From: a virus
Taxonomy: Duplodnaviria; Caudoviricetes
Direction: 5' to 3' (one strand)
Length of the DNA stretch: 43,329 nucleotides
Virus record (IMG/VR): IMGVR_UViG_3300030376_006642
Location: 1-43,329 of that record
The notes under the pieces: model-generated
Database searches by the model: none
What the model saw: only the letters and a program-made list of their open reading frames with translations
What the model was told of the DNA's origin: nothing
In this document: positions 28,273-37,438 of the stretch, piece by piece
Position numbering within the stretch: the first letter of the stretch is position 1
How the letters are laid out: each line of letters begins with the position of its first letter
Position numbers and translations under genes: made by a program

Positions 28273-31178
28273 TGCCAGCTACAATACAAAAAATATTAAA
28301 ACCAACTAAATACAGAGCAGTAGATACGTCTGGCAACAACAATCATGGACAGATATATTCAGGTAGAGGATTAGAGTTTGATGGTATTAGTGATAGATTT
28401 TCGGTTCCTGTTGTTGCAGATGTAACTTCATTTACGAATGGAGAACCATGGACTTGGGCTTGTTGGATGTATTTTAATAGCAGTGGAGCTACTCAATATT
28501 TTGTAGGAAATTACGACACAACTCATCCTCATTTTTTTAGAACTAGTGGTAGTTTCCCTGCAATGAGAGCATCTAATGCTAAATATTTTAGAACAAGTTC
28601 TACATTTAACCTTGAAAATAAATGGATAAGAGTAGTGTATGTAGCATCTAGTGATAATACTTTAACTACTTATATTAATGGAGAACAATATGGAGATGTA
28701 ATAACAACATCTACAGCTAATTTTGACCCTGGAGATGGAGTAACCTTCCCAGGGACTGAAATGAAATTTACTGGATGGGGGACTCCTTACGAATCTGGAG
28801 GGTTTAGTCAAGGTTTAAATGGAAAAATGTCTGATGGTCAAGTATGGGATGCAGCATGGTCAGCATCTGATGTAACCTTTGACTACCTTAACCCTGAATC
28901 TTTAGCATTAAATAATGGTGGCACTTCACTTACAGAGTCTAATTTAAAACTTTGGTATCCTATGCAAGATGGACATAGAGGTCAACAATCTTATATACTC
29001 GATGGAGCTAATACAGGAGTAGGTCCAGACTTATTACCTGTAGGACAATTTAATAGTAATTCTGGATTTGCAACAGTAGGAACTGGTTGGTCTATATCTA
29101 ATGGAATAGCTAGTTGTGATGGAACTCAAAGTGGTTCTAGTGACATACAATTTGAAGATAATACAAATTTTGTAAGTCCTGATGAAAATGGGCCTTGGAA
29201 AATAAATTTTACACTTAGTAATTATTCAGCAGGAATATTAACAGTAGGTATGGGTGGATATAATTTTTCTTCTAGCATAACAGCAAATGGTGATTATTCT
29301 ATTTTAACTACTCCAACAAATACATCTTCAAATAACAGATTATATTTAAGAGGAAATGCAGATTTTATAGGTTCTCTTAGTAATATTACTGTTCATAAAG
29401 TAAACGACAAACATCATGCAACTACTGTGTTTCATGGTGATGATTCTGCTGTTAATGGAACATTTGCAAGTTCTTTAGCTGTTGGAGATGCTGACGACCA
29501 ATGGGTTGATGATAATAATGGTGATGCAAGTAGTAATGTAGATTTGTCAATAGTTTCAACTGGAGGTAGAAAAACATCAGGCAGTGATGATGAGCCTTGT
29601 TTAAGGTTAACATTAGATGGTACTGCTGTGACAGGATATGTTAGTTATCGAAAAGATGATTATGTAATAGGTAGAACTTATTATGCAGAATGTTATGTTA
29701 ATGACCATAGCAATACAGGCGTTAATACACTTCAACTGCATGCAGGTGAAGCCAAAGGAGATGAGACTACATCAGGTAATTCAGCATCTGTTCCAAATGT
29801 AGCTTTTGATGGTACTTGGACAAATGCATATGTAGAATTTGTAGCTACTGCAACAACAATGTATATAAAATTTGAAATAGTTGCAGATGCTAATGATGAT
29901 ACATGTAGCATAGATGATTTTAGTATTAAAGAAGTAGGTGTAGCTACAGGCTGGACAGATGCAGACCAACAACTAGATATACCTCAAACAGCCCTGCAAT
30001 CTTATAATCAGTTAGCTTGGTTTAGTGGAGGCTCTACATCGCATGTTCAATTATCAGGAGATATACTTAAAAATCCTCATAATTCTAATGTATCATATTC
30101 TTTTAATGTTATGAGAAATATTACTACCGACCAACATATGGTATTTTGTGACGAAGATACTACTTCTTTAAGAAAAATTAGATTTACTGGAGATGGTAGA
30201 ATTTTAATAGAAAGCAATACAAATGAAAATAATGTTATAGCAACTTTAGCTGCTAATGATACTAATTGGCATCATTATGTAATAACATGTGCTTCAGGAA
30301 CAGTTAAATTTTATCAAGATGGTCAGCTACTAACAAATACAAATTCAGATACTTTAACTGATGCTATTAGACTTAGAAGAATAGGAAAAGGTACATCTAA
30401 GGGAATGGAAGGATGTATTACTGAATGTGCTATCTGGGATGTTACTTTATCTCAAGTAGAAGTACATGAATTATATAATAATGGTAAGACATTAGATGCT
30501 AGATTGCATTCTGAAAATACTAATTTAGCTCATTATTGGCAAAATAATGGAATAGCTATTTGGAAAGATTTAGCTGGAGATAAAGATGGAACTCCAACTA
30601 ATGTTACAGAAACCCTATTAATCCCAGCAGGAGTAGATGCTTCTAGAGATAATCAAGGTTTCTTAATGAATAGGCAAAAAACTACTAATAGTTTAAATTT
30701 ACCTTATTGTTTACATGTAGATGGTTATGTTGACTTGGGGTCTGTTACAACAGTGCCTGCAGGAGATGCTTTTAGCTTAACATTATGGCTAAAACCCTCT
30801 CAAGTTAGTAATAATAAATTTATAGCAGCTAGTGATTCAGATTATATAAGAATTAGAAGTACGAATACTATAAGAATTTATGCAAATAGTAACTCAGATG
30901 ATTTGCCTTTAGACTCAGGTAGTTGGGTTGCAGATGAATGGGTTCATATAGGTATAGTTAGAGATACAAGCAATGACACTACTCTATATATTAATGGGGA
31001 AGCACAAAGTACTACAAAAACTGTTAGTGAGGATATTAAATATAGATATATAGGTGCAACAGGAGCATCTACATATACTTATGATGGAGCAATTGATGAT
31101 GTTTGCATATATCACGATGAATTAAGTGCAACAGAAGTAAAAAGAAATTATAACGCAGGTAAAAGGAGTCATAAATAA
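28272..31178 (+). CDS. Multi-LamG receptor-binding/fibre protein
   Basis: Three LamG-like repeats (WIRVVYV..TYING; WHHYVIT..FYQDG; WVHIGIV..LYING..GAIDDVCIY) plus carbohydrate-binding-like inserts. Confidence 0.85.
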   Translation: MPATIQKILKPTKYRAVDTSGNNNHGQIYSGRGLEFDGISDRFSVPVVADVTSFTNGEPWTWACWMYFNSSGATQYFVGNYDTTHPHFFRTSGSFPAMRASNAKYFRTSSTFNLENKWIRVVYVASSDNTLTTYINGEQYGDVITTSTANFDPGDGVTFPGTEMKFTGWGTPYESGGFSQGLNGKMSDGQVWDAAWSASDVTFDYLNPESLALNNGGTSLTESNLKLWYPMQDGHRGQQSYILDGANTGVGPDLLPVGQFNSNSGFATVGTGWSISNGIASCDGTQSGSSDIQFEDNTNFVSPDENGPWKINFTLSNYSAGILTVGMGGYNFSSSITANGDYSILTTPTNTSSNNRLYLRGNADFIGSLSNITVHKVNDKHHATTVFHGDDSAVNGTFASSLAVGDADDQWVDDNNGDASSNVDLSIVSTGGRKTSGSDDEPCLRLTLDGTAVTGYVSYRKDDYVIGRTYYAECYVNDHSNTGVNTLQLHAGEAKGDETTSGNSASVPNVAFDGTWTNAYVEFVATATTMYIKFEIVADANDDTCSIDDFSIKEVGVATGWTDADQQLDIPQTALQSYNQLAWFSGGSTSHVQLSGDILKNPHNSNVSYSFNVMRNITTDQHMVFCDEDTTSLRKIRFTGDGRILIESNTNENNVIATLAANDTNWHHYVITCASGTVKFYQDGQLLTNTNSDTLTDAIRLRRIGKGTSKGMEGCITECAIWDVTLSQVEVHELYNNGKTLDARLHSENTNLAHYWQNNGIAIWKDLAGDKDGTPTNVTETLLIPAGVDASRDNQGFLMNRQKTTNSLNLPYCLHVDGYVDLGSVTTVPAGDAFSLTLWLKPSQVSNNKFIAASDSDYIRIRSTNTIRIYANSNSDDLPLDSGSWVADEWVHIGIVRDTSNDTTLYINGEAQSTTKTVSEDIKYRYIGATGASTYTYDGAIDDVCIYHDELSATEVKRNYNAGKRSHK

Positions 31179-31531
31179 TGGCACATTATGAAATGTATTT
31201 TTGTTTACCTAGCAGTGCATACGATAGTGCTGTTGGGACTAAAATTAAAGCACTATATCCAATAGTAGAATCAGTAAATGAAGATACTGGAGAAGTAACA
31301 TATAAATCAGCTCCTACATGGCATGATGTAATATTTGCAGGTAAAGTAGGTGCTCCACGATATTCACATGATAAGGCATATTGTATTATTAAAGGTGAAT
31401 GGTCTATGAAAGATGGTGTATTATCAGAATTAATAGCACTAGGTTCAGGCGTTGCATATCCAAACTTTAGTGTATTAACCAAGTCTGAAGCTCAGACATT
31501 AGCAAGTAGCTCAACCTTTACAGGTGAATAA
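31178..31531 (+). CDS. Hypothetical protein (possible fibre chaperone)
   Basis: 117 aa, translationally coupled to the LamG gene. Confidence 0.6.
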   Translation: MAHYEMYFCLPSSAYDSAVGTKIKALYPIVESVNEDTGEVTYKSAPTWHDVIFAGKVGAPRYSHDKAYCIIKGEWSMKDGVLSELIALGSGVAYPNFSVLTKSEAQTLASSSTFTGE

Positions 31532-31946
31532 TATGACTAGTAAATTATTAGAAGCAATTAAATTATCAGAAGGGTATCGTGCCAAAGTTTATAAATGTAC
31601 TGAAGGGTACGATACTATAGGGTATGGTTTTGCAGTTAAAGATTTAATTATGGATGAAGATATAGCTGAGATTATTTTAAAAAGAAAATTAGATAAATTA
31701 ATAGATAAAGCTAATAATAAATTTAATTTCTTAAAAGAAATGCCACATGAAATACAAGATGTTATATATGAAATGTGTTATCAAATGGGTGTCATTGGTG
31801 TTTCTAAATTTAAAAAAACATTAGCATATTTAGAAAACGAAGAATTTAAAAAAGCATCAATAGAAATGCTTGACTCTAGGTGGGCAAAACAAACTCCAAA
31901 TAGAGCAAGAAAATTAAGTTATATAGTAAAAAATGTCTCTAAATAA
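31524..31946 (+). CDS. Endolysin, GH24 phage lysozyme
   Basis: SEGYRAKVYKCTEGYDTIGYG, YQMGVIGVSKFKK, MLDSRWAKQTPNRA. Confidence 0.92.
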   Translation: MNNMTSKLLEAIKLSEGYRAKVYKCTEGYDTIGYGFAVKDLIMDEDIAEIILKRKLDKLIDKANNKFNFLKEMPHEIQDVIYEMCYQMGVIGVSKFKKTLAYLENEEFKKASIEMLDSRWAKQTPNRARKLSYIVKNVSK

Positions 31947-32028
31947 ATTTAAACTTCAAATGATAAAAACTACTATTTTATTTTTAGTTGTTTTATTTAT
32001 TGCAGGGCTATCAATTTATATAATATGA
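31933..32028 (+). CDS. Small single-TM peptide (not in ORF track)
   Basis: 31 aa, MSLNKFKLQMIKTTILFLVVLFIAGLSIYII; ATGA overlap with the next gene. Confidence 0.5.
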   Translation: MSLNKFKLQMIKTTILFLVVLFIAGLSIYII

Positions 32029-32270
32029 TAGATAAAAAAATATCAGTAGGAACTTTAATTACAGTAGCTACAATTATAAGTACATTTATATTTACGCAAG
32101 GTGCAACTTCTGTTAGATTAGGAGAAGTTGAATCAGATGCACAAGATGTTAGAAAAAAAGTAATGTCAAATAGAGAACGAATACAAAGTGTTCAAATTGA
32201 TGTAGCAAGAATTGAATCTAAGATTGATGAAGGTTTTAAACATTTAGAAAAATTATTAATTGAAAAATAG
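32025..32270 (+). CDS. Membrane-anchored coiled-coil protein (lysis-associated)
   Basis: N-terminal TM, then heptad repeats. Confidence 0.65.
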   Translation: MIDKKISVGTLITVATIISTFIFTQGATSVRLGEVESDAQDVRKKVMSNRERIQSVQIDVARIESKIDEGFKHLEKLLIEK

Positions 32271-32278
32271 GATTTACT

Positions 32279-33064
32279 ATAAAAACAAGAAAAAAAGACA
32301 AAGGAGTTGTTAAACGGGCAGTTGTAACACCCGATAAACATTTTCCTTTAGCAGATATGGATGCGATTAGTGTCCTTAAAAAAGCTATTGAAATAGTCAA
32401 ACCTGACATATATATAGATTTAGGTGATGTTGGCGAGTGGTCAGCATTTAGTGCCTGGAAATACAAACGTAAAAAAGCCCCTCCTTTAGAATTTATGATT
32501 CCCGACATGGAACAAGAAGTAAAAGAAGTTAATGTAGGAATGGATTGGATAGATGAATCTCTTGATAAAGTTAATTGCAAAGAGCGTTATATTACTGAAG
32601 GTAATCATGACAATTGGTGCAATATGGCTGTTGAAAAATATCCATATATTCCACAATATAAGTTTGCTAATGCTGTTGGTCTTAAAGACAGGGGATATAC
32701 TTACTATCCTTTTGGAAAGCATCTTAAGATAGGGAAATTATATTTTTATCATGGACATCAATTTGGTGGTCAATATCACGCTGCAAATCATTTAAGAAAA
32801 ATGGGATGCAATATAATGTATGGACATTGGCATGACCTTCAACAACATTCTATGACTCACATGGACGGACCTAAGTCTGCATGGAGTATAGGCTGTTTAA
32901 AAGATATGAGTCCTAGTGCTAATAATTGGTTAGAACATAGAAATATTAATTGGTCTCACGCATTTGCAATTGTTGATTTTTATCAAAAAGGCATGTTTAC
33001 AGTACATGTTATACAAATTATTAATGGAAAAACATCATTGTGGGGAGAGTTAATTAAAGGATGA
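32279..33064 (+). CDS. Calcineurin-like metallophosphoesterase, probably starting upstream of the first ATG
   Basis: Motifs PDKH (upstream of ATG 32357), LGDVGE, EGNHD, YHGH, GHWH; the proposed ATA start at 32279 has AGGA 6 nt upstream. Confidence 0.85.
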   Translation: MKTRKKDKGVVKRAVVTPDKHFPLADMDAISVLKKAIEIVKPDIYIDLGDVGEWSAFSAWKYKRKKAPPLEFMIPDMEQEVKEVNVGMDWIDESLDKVNCKERYITEGNHDNWCNMAVEKYPYIPQYKFANAVGLKDRGYTYYPFGKHLKIGKLYFYHGHQFGGQYHAANHLRKMGCNIMYGHWHDLQQHSMTHMDGPKSAWSIGCLKDMSPSANNWLEHRNINWSHAFAIVDFYQKGMFTVHVIQIINGKTSLWGELIKG

Positions 33065-33150
33065 TTAGTTGGTTAATTGGATTTTGTTTCTTTATTATCT
33101 TTGTAGTTTATGCAGCAAGTATAATAAGTGAAATTAAAAGGAAAAAATAA
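33061..33150 (+). CDS. Small single-TM peptide (not in ORF track)
   Basis: 29 aa, MISWLIGFCFFIIFVVYAASIISEIKRKK; ATGA overlap with the upstream stop. Confidence 0.5.
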   Translation: MISWLIGFCFFIIFVVYAASIISEIKRKK

Positions 33151-33152
33151 CA

Positions 33153-33458
33153 ATGGAGATGTTTGATTTACTTGAACGCTTTGGTTTACCAGTTATGATG
33201 GTAATAGCTCTTGGTTTATATGCAAAGCAACAAACGGCTTGGATTCAGAATGAATTGCAAAAAGAGTTAAGAGAATCTTTTGAAAGGCTAGAAGGTATTG
33301 TTATAAAGCTTATAGACGCTCAAAAACACTCTTTAATGGAAACAAAAGAGATTAAAGCTAGTTACCATGCCATTGTAGAAATTCTTGCCAGTTTAAGCGG
33401 AAATGGGCTTAAAGAAAAATTTGTAACCAGTAAAAGAAAACGTAATAATGATTATTAA
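33153..33458 (+). CDS. Putative holin (BhlA-like architecture)
   Basis: LERFGLPVMMVIALGLY TM followed by coiled coil and basic tail. Confidence 0.55.
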   Translation: MEMFDLLERFGLPVMMVIALGLYAKQQTAWIQNELQKELRESFERLEGIVIKLIDAQKHSLMETKEIKASYHAIVEILASLSGNGLKEKFVTSKRKRNNDY

Positions 33459-33467
33459 GGAGTTAAA

Positions 33468-33641
33468 ATGGTAGATATGATAATTGCTTACTTAAAAAGC
33501 AACAGAGAAGAAATAATTGAAGGTATTAATGAGAGAATAAATCTTCCTCTTATTTCTGAAGCTAAAGAAGAAAAAATATTTGCATCACTTTTTGATGCGA
33601 TGATGGAAGTACTTGAAAAAGTATTAAATAAAAAGAAGTGA
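33468..33641 (+). CDS. Hypothetical protein (not in ORF track)
   Basis: 57 aa, MVDMIIAYLKSNREEIIEGINERINLPLISEAKEEKIF...; TAAGGAG RBS. Confidence 0.75.
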   Translation: MVDMIIAYLKSNREEIIEGINERINLPLISEAKEEKIFASLFDAMMEVLEKVLNKKK

Positions 33642-33659
33642 AATAAGGTTTAGTTTAGA

Positions 33660-33971
33660 GTGTCTGAACTTGAATCAGAGTTAAAAATATGCGGTCATTA
33701 TTTTCTAGTTAGATTTATAGATAATTTAATGGCCGATGTAAATTCACATGCATGGGGTCGTATTCATATAGGAAAACAAATAATAGAATTAGAATTAAAT
33801 TGTTCGGATTCTAAAAAAGAAGAAACTATAGTACATGAAACGCTTCACGCTATTGACAATTCTTTAGGTATTGGGTTAGATGAGGGACAAATATGTTCTT
33901 TAGCCAATGCTTTGTTTCAGCTTGGCCTTGGAGAAAAGCTGATGTCTAAAATAGATATTCCTAATCTATAG
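33660..33971 (+). CDS. HExxH zinc metallopeptidase-like protein
   Basis: EETIVHETLHAID motif preceded by WGRIH strands. Confidence 0.7.
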   Translation: MSELESELKICGHYFLVRFIDNLMADVNSHAWGRIHIGKQIIELELNCSDSKKEETIVHETLHAIDNSLGIGLDEGQICSLANALFQLGLGEKLMSKIDIPNL

Positions 33972-34146
33972 AATAATCTATATTTCTAATTTCCGCTAAC
34001 GCTAGTTTTGCAATATCTGCACGTTTAGAGTCGTCTATCGCCTCTAATGCAGTTAATGCTAAAGATAGTTTCTTTTTCATAGCTTTAACAGCAGTATTTA
34101 AAACATTCTTTTCAGTTTCTAAATGTAAGATGTACTCTTGGTCCAT
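33961..34146 (-). CDS. Hypothetical coiled-coil protein
   Basis: 61 aa, last gene of the minus arm. Confidence 0.6.
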   Translation of the reverse strand: MDQEYILHLETEKNVLNTAVKAMKKKLSLALTALEAIDDSKRADIAKLALAEIRNIDYSID

Positions 34147-34242
34147 TTCATTTTCCTAACTGTTGATGTAGATACCCAATGTTTCCGAGGTATTTTAACA
34201 TACTTAGGGTAATTTAAAGTATATATATTACTTTTCCTAGTG

Positions 34243-34683
34243 TCATTGTTCATTATAACTTTCCCTTAAATATAAAGCTAAAAGAATTGCATCTGATGTG
34301 TACAGCGTCACTTTTGTAGATGGAAATGCTTTAATAGCTATTTCTTTTAATTCTTTTTTTCTTATTTTTTTTTCTTTTGACAATGGTTGAAATCGTTTTT
34401 GCCACATTTTAGGTGTAATTAAATCAAACTTTATTTCAAATGCTGACAATATTCCTTGCCATTGCCCGTAATTAGCTCCAAATGTAAATGTAGATACAAC
34501 ACCTTGACCAGGAAAGCTATGTACTTTTTCCAACAAAGCAACACAACTTCCATCTAAATGTTCTTTAATTGAATGTGCCATTTCTTGCGGTGATTTAGGA
34601 CATTTAAAACATGTTAATGAATAAAACTGGTCAATAATAGCTACACCGCCATTAATTCCTGGGTCAATACCTATATATTTCAT
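34243..34683 (-). CDS. RuvC-like Holliday junction resolvase
   Basis: YIGIDPGINGG, LLEKVH, TFTFGANYG, ITPKMWQK, SDAILLA. Confidence 0.85.
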   Translation of the reverse strand: MKYIGIDPGINGGVAIIDQFYSLTCFKCPKSPQEMAHSIKEHLDGSCVALLEKVHSFPGQGVVSTFTFGANYGQWQGILSAFEIKFDLITPKMWQKRFQPLSKEKKIRKKELKEIAIKAFPSTKVTLYTSDAILLALYLRESYNEQ

Positions 34684-34979
34684 TTTTTATTTTCTGGAGT
34701 ATTACGATTCATTTTTAACAAATCTTTTTTCGACATTCCTGTCCATTTTGTTCTAACTTTTCTTTCTAAATGAGAATAATTTGCCCAAGAAGGATATTTG
34801 TCTCTATCATTATCGCAACCTTTTGACCATATTGCATGTAATAAAACCATAGGTCTATTAATATTTCTATCATCTTTACCATAATTTTCGCTCCAAGCTA
34901 CAATACAATCACTCCCATCTTCTTTAAAAAAATCCCCACATTTACTACATCTCATTTTACATCCGATTTTAACTTTCAT
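34680..34979 (-). CDS. Hypothetical Cys-containing protein
   Basis: 99 aa, CSKC plus H...C possible zinc site; coupled overlaps. Confidence 0.6.
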   Translation of the reverse strand: MKVKIGCKMRCSKCGDFFKEDGSDCIVAWSENYGKDDRNINRPMVLLHAIWSKGCDNDRDKYPSWANYSHLERKVRTKWTGMSKKDLLKMNRNTPENKK

Positions 34980-35209
34980 TTATTACTCCAGTATTTAGCT
35001 CTATAATAAGCTTTTATTTTATTGTCTTTTTTACGTTTAGGTCTTAATATTTTTTTACCATTTACATTAGTGTAAAAATCATTTTCATCCCAGTCGCATA
35101 CATAATGCGGAATAATGCCAATTGTATTAGGATTGTTGCAATTATGTATTTCTTCTATTGGTTGTAATAATATTAACAGCATAAAATAATAAGATACTAC
35201 AGTTATCAT
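34976..35209 (-). CDS. Hypothetical protein with hydrophobic N-terminus
   Basis: 77 aa, ATGA overlaps on both sides. Confidence 0.55.
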   Translation of the reverse strand: MITVVSYYFMLLILLQPIEEIHNCNNPNTIGIIPHYVCDWDENDFYTNVNGKKILRPKRKKDNKIKAYYRAKYWSNK

Positions 35210-35967
35210 TTAACAGCCTCTCTAAATTCTTCTATTGTTTTGTAATTAGTCCCCATTCTTTCGTTATATGCTTTAAGCTTTTCTAATTCTACTTCAGGAT
35301 TTTTATATTCTTCCTTAGCATCATCGTAGTTACCATCTAATACTTTGTCCATATTAGTTGGTGATAACACCCAGTCTATAGTTGCTCTCCAGTCAGAGGC
35401 CCTACCAGATAAAAAGTCGGATGATTTAACTCTTGCAAAATAGTCTTCCCAGAACGCGATATCTGGATTCTCTTTTACTCTTACCTTTAAGGACCTCAAT
35501 CTGGTGTTCCTAATAGAGTTAACCATAGGAACAGAGGAGTTCTTAAATATTTTATTCCATAATTCCATAATCTCATCAGATGCGATAGCATCTTTATTGT
35601 TATTAGTATTCTTTTTATTATTCTTTTTATTATTATGTTCAGGTTTTTCGGTATAGGTATCAATCTTTTTCGGTATACCTACATGCTTTTTTAAGTATAC
35701 CTTTCTCAGATTTCCTTTAGACCTATCAACACTTATCTGTATATACCCTCTTTTTACTAGTGATGATACCCATGATGATACAGTATTCTTATTAACATTA
35801 TATAGCTCAGAGAAGTAGCTATTAGAGGCCCAACAATACCCATGCTTACTGCATAGGGCTGTTAGTTCCGCATATAGCAACTTCTCAGATGAGCTAAGAT
35901 TAGCGTCATACCTCACATCAGAAGGTAAGATTGCATAGTACGAAGGTGTATTCATACTATTTTGCAT
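35206..35967 (-). CDS. Phage replication initiator (N-terminal winged HTH)
   Basis: YYAILPSDVRYD...EKLLYAEL...YCWASNSYF...LVKRGYI; N/K-rich linker; C-terminal FLSG...WRATIDWVL...KVLDGNY. Confidence 0.85.
   Translation of the reverse strand: MQNSMNTPSYYAILPSDVRYDANLSSSEKLLYAELTALCSKHGYCWASNSYFSELYNVNKNTVSSWVSSLVKRGYIQISVDRSKGNLRKVYLKKHVGIPKKIDTYTEKPEHNNKKNNKKNTNNNKDAIASDEIMELWNKIFKNSSVPMVNSIRNTRLRSLKVRVKENPDIAFWEDYFARVKSSDFLSGRASDWRATIDWVLSPTNMDKVLDGNYDDAKEEYKNPEVELEKLKAYNERMGTNYKTIEEFREAVK
35607..35702. repeat. Putative replication origin: three iterons at 22-bp period plus AT-rich repeats
   Basis: TTTTTCGGTATA at 35644 and 35666, TTTTTAAGTATA at 35688; adjacent TATTCTTTTTAT x2 (35607-35630); lies inside the initiator linker, as in lambda O. 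Confidence 0.75.
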
Positions 35968-36628
35968 TATTCTCCTCCACCTTCCCTTGCAAATCAGTTA
36001 TTGAAGATGATTTCTTTATAGGCTCATCAGTCATCTTTGACTTAAGGCTATTAAGAAAACCATCTGCTTGACTTGCAGTAATTGTAGGTTTTTTCAGCCA
36101 ATCTAATGCGATTTTATGTTCCTTTTGTGTCATTACAATCTTTCCTGACTCTAAAAGTCCCATGATTTCCTTTAACTGACTTTCAGATATATACTTAGTA
36201 TTAAACTTAGTTTTCATATCAGATACATATCTATTGTCATCGAATTTACCCTCAAATATATCTGAGTTAAACCCTAGTTTACTTAATGCTTTAGTTAAAG
36301 CATCAGTTGTTACTTTTTTAGCGAACTCATCGTCAGGCCTACCACCTCGTTGCATTGCAATAGATGAGTTAATTGGAAATGACCCCTCTCCATCTTTTGT
36401 TTTATACCAAAACTCAGATTGATATAGTGCCATTCCATTAGCCATTGGTGTAAATACTTCATTCTTGACACCCCAACCAATTCCTATAGGCCCAAACATC
36501 TCTGTAGCTCTTTTAACTTGTTTCTGTGCATCTATAGCTGTAAAACCACCACGTTGGTTTACATACTTAGTATGCTCTGGATTAGTCTGAGAAACTTGTT
36601 CCCATATTTTCATGTTTTTGTTTGTCAT
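35957..36628 (-). CDS. Rad52/Sak-like single-strand annealing protein
   Basis: FTAIDAQKQVKRATEMFGPIGIGWG and KKVTTDALTKALSKLGFNSDIF. Confidence 0.75.
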   Translation of the reverse strand: MTNKNMKIWEQVSQTNPEHTKYVNQRGGFTAIDAQKQVKRATEMFGPIGIGWGVKNEVFTPMANGMALYQSEFWYKTKDGEGSFPINSSIAMQRGGRPDDEFAKKVTTDALTKALSKLGFNSDIFEGKFDDNRYVSDMKTKFNTKYISESQLKEIMGLLESGKIVMTQKEHKIALDWLKKPTITASQADGFLNSLKSKMTDEPIKKSSSITDLQGKVEENNAK

Positions 36629-37416
36629 TAGTCCCTTACCTTTCCACCAAAGTTCTTTTCACACTCGCTCCAAAAAGCACAAAACTTCTTAGAACACATG
36701 AAACTAGAACGATTTGGTATGTATGTTTCATTATCTATGCCTTTAGCTACATTTTCTATTAAGCTAAGAGCATATTTTTTGTCTGCGTTATTAGGTGTCC
36801 ATCTAACTTGTTGAATCTTTGGATTCTTATTTTTAATTAAATAGTCTAACCCTAATTCATTTACTTCCTCATCATGATTTTCTTTATATCCAATACCATA
36901 CATTGTTAATTGTAGCATATGGTCGTTAGATATTTTATACTCACCATCTTTTTGCGGTACACTTCTTCCCGCAGTTTTATTGTCTATAATAGTCTTATCT
37001 TCTGTAATAACATCTGCGAATTGCAGTATATCATAATTAAAGTCATCAAATTCTATAGCTAATTTTTCTTGTACAGATATAGGCTGTATTTTTTCTGCAA
37101 TTTCATCAGCCCATTTACCGACTGAATTTATACCAACCTCTCTTAACACATCTGGATTGTCATTTTTATGGAAAAGAGTTTCATCTTTATTGTTATCATA
37201 TTCAGTAACAAAAGCATCTTTAACATCATCAGATGGTAAGTTTTTTCTTGTAATAATTTTTTGTTCCATATCTACATTAATAGCATTATCAACAGATTTA
37301 CCATATAACAATGCAATTCCAGGTGGTTTCGGACCTAATTGTTTTTTAAACATATATTGTGCCGAACACTTGAGATATTGTGTTATAGATGATGGGCTTA
37401 AATGTGGTTTTTTCAT
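36628..37416 (-). CDS. PD-(D/E)XK exonuclease, Cas4/AddB-like
   Basis: HLSPSSITQYLKC, QEK, ADV...IIDNKT, QLTMY and C-terminal C-x4-C-x5-C (possible Fe-S staple with Cys17). Confidence 0.85.
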   Translation of the reverse strand: MKKPHLSPSSITQYLKCSAQYMFKKQLGPKPPGIALLYGKSVDNAINVDMEQKIITRKNLPSDDVKDAFVTEYDNNKDETLFHKNDNPDVLREVGINSVGKWADEIAEKIQPISVQEKLAIEFDDFNYDILQFADVITEDKTIIDNKTAGRSVPQKDGEYKISNDHMLQLTMYGIGYKENHDEEVNELGLDYLIKNKNPKIQQVRWTPNNADKKYALSLIENVAKGIDNETYIPNRSSFMCSKKFCAFWSECEKNFGGKVRD

Positions 37417-37438
37417 ATTATATATTTAGTTTTGGAAT

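Noticed and set aside
27133-31178. Diversity-generating retroelement acting on the fibre genes
   Set aside because: No reverse transcriptase and no template/variable repeat pair seen.
1399-32722. Numerous antisense and alternate-frame ORFs inside structural genes (e.g. 2649-2963, 14796-15116, 22834-23370)
   Set aside because: They are shadows of long, well-supported + strand genes, lacking RBSs and motifs.
845-33971. Alternative genetic code or stop-codon reassignment
   Set aside because: Genes are full length and tightly packed under the standard code, with TAA, TAG and TGA all used as stops.
34119-34253. Possible 44-aa minus-strand ORF (MNNDTRKS...) filling the gap after the resolvase
   Set aside because: Overlaps both neighbours and has only a weak RBS; insufficient support to list as a feature.
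36628-37416. CRISPR-Cas system suggested by the Cas4-like nuclease
   Set aside because: No repeat-spacer array or other cas genes; the context (annealase, SSB) indicates a recombination exonuclease.
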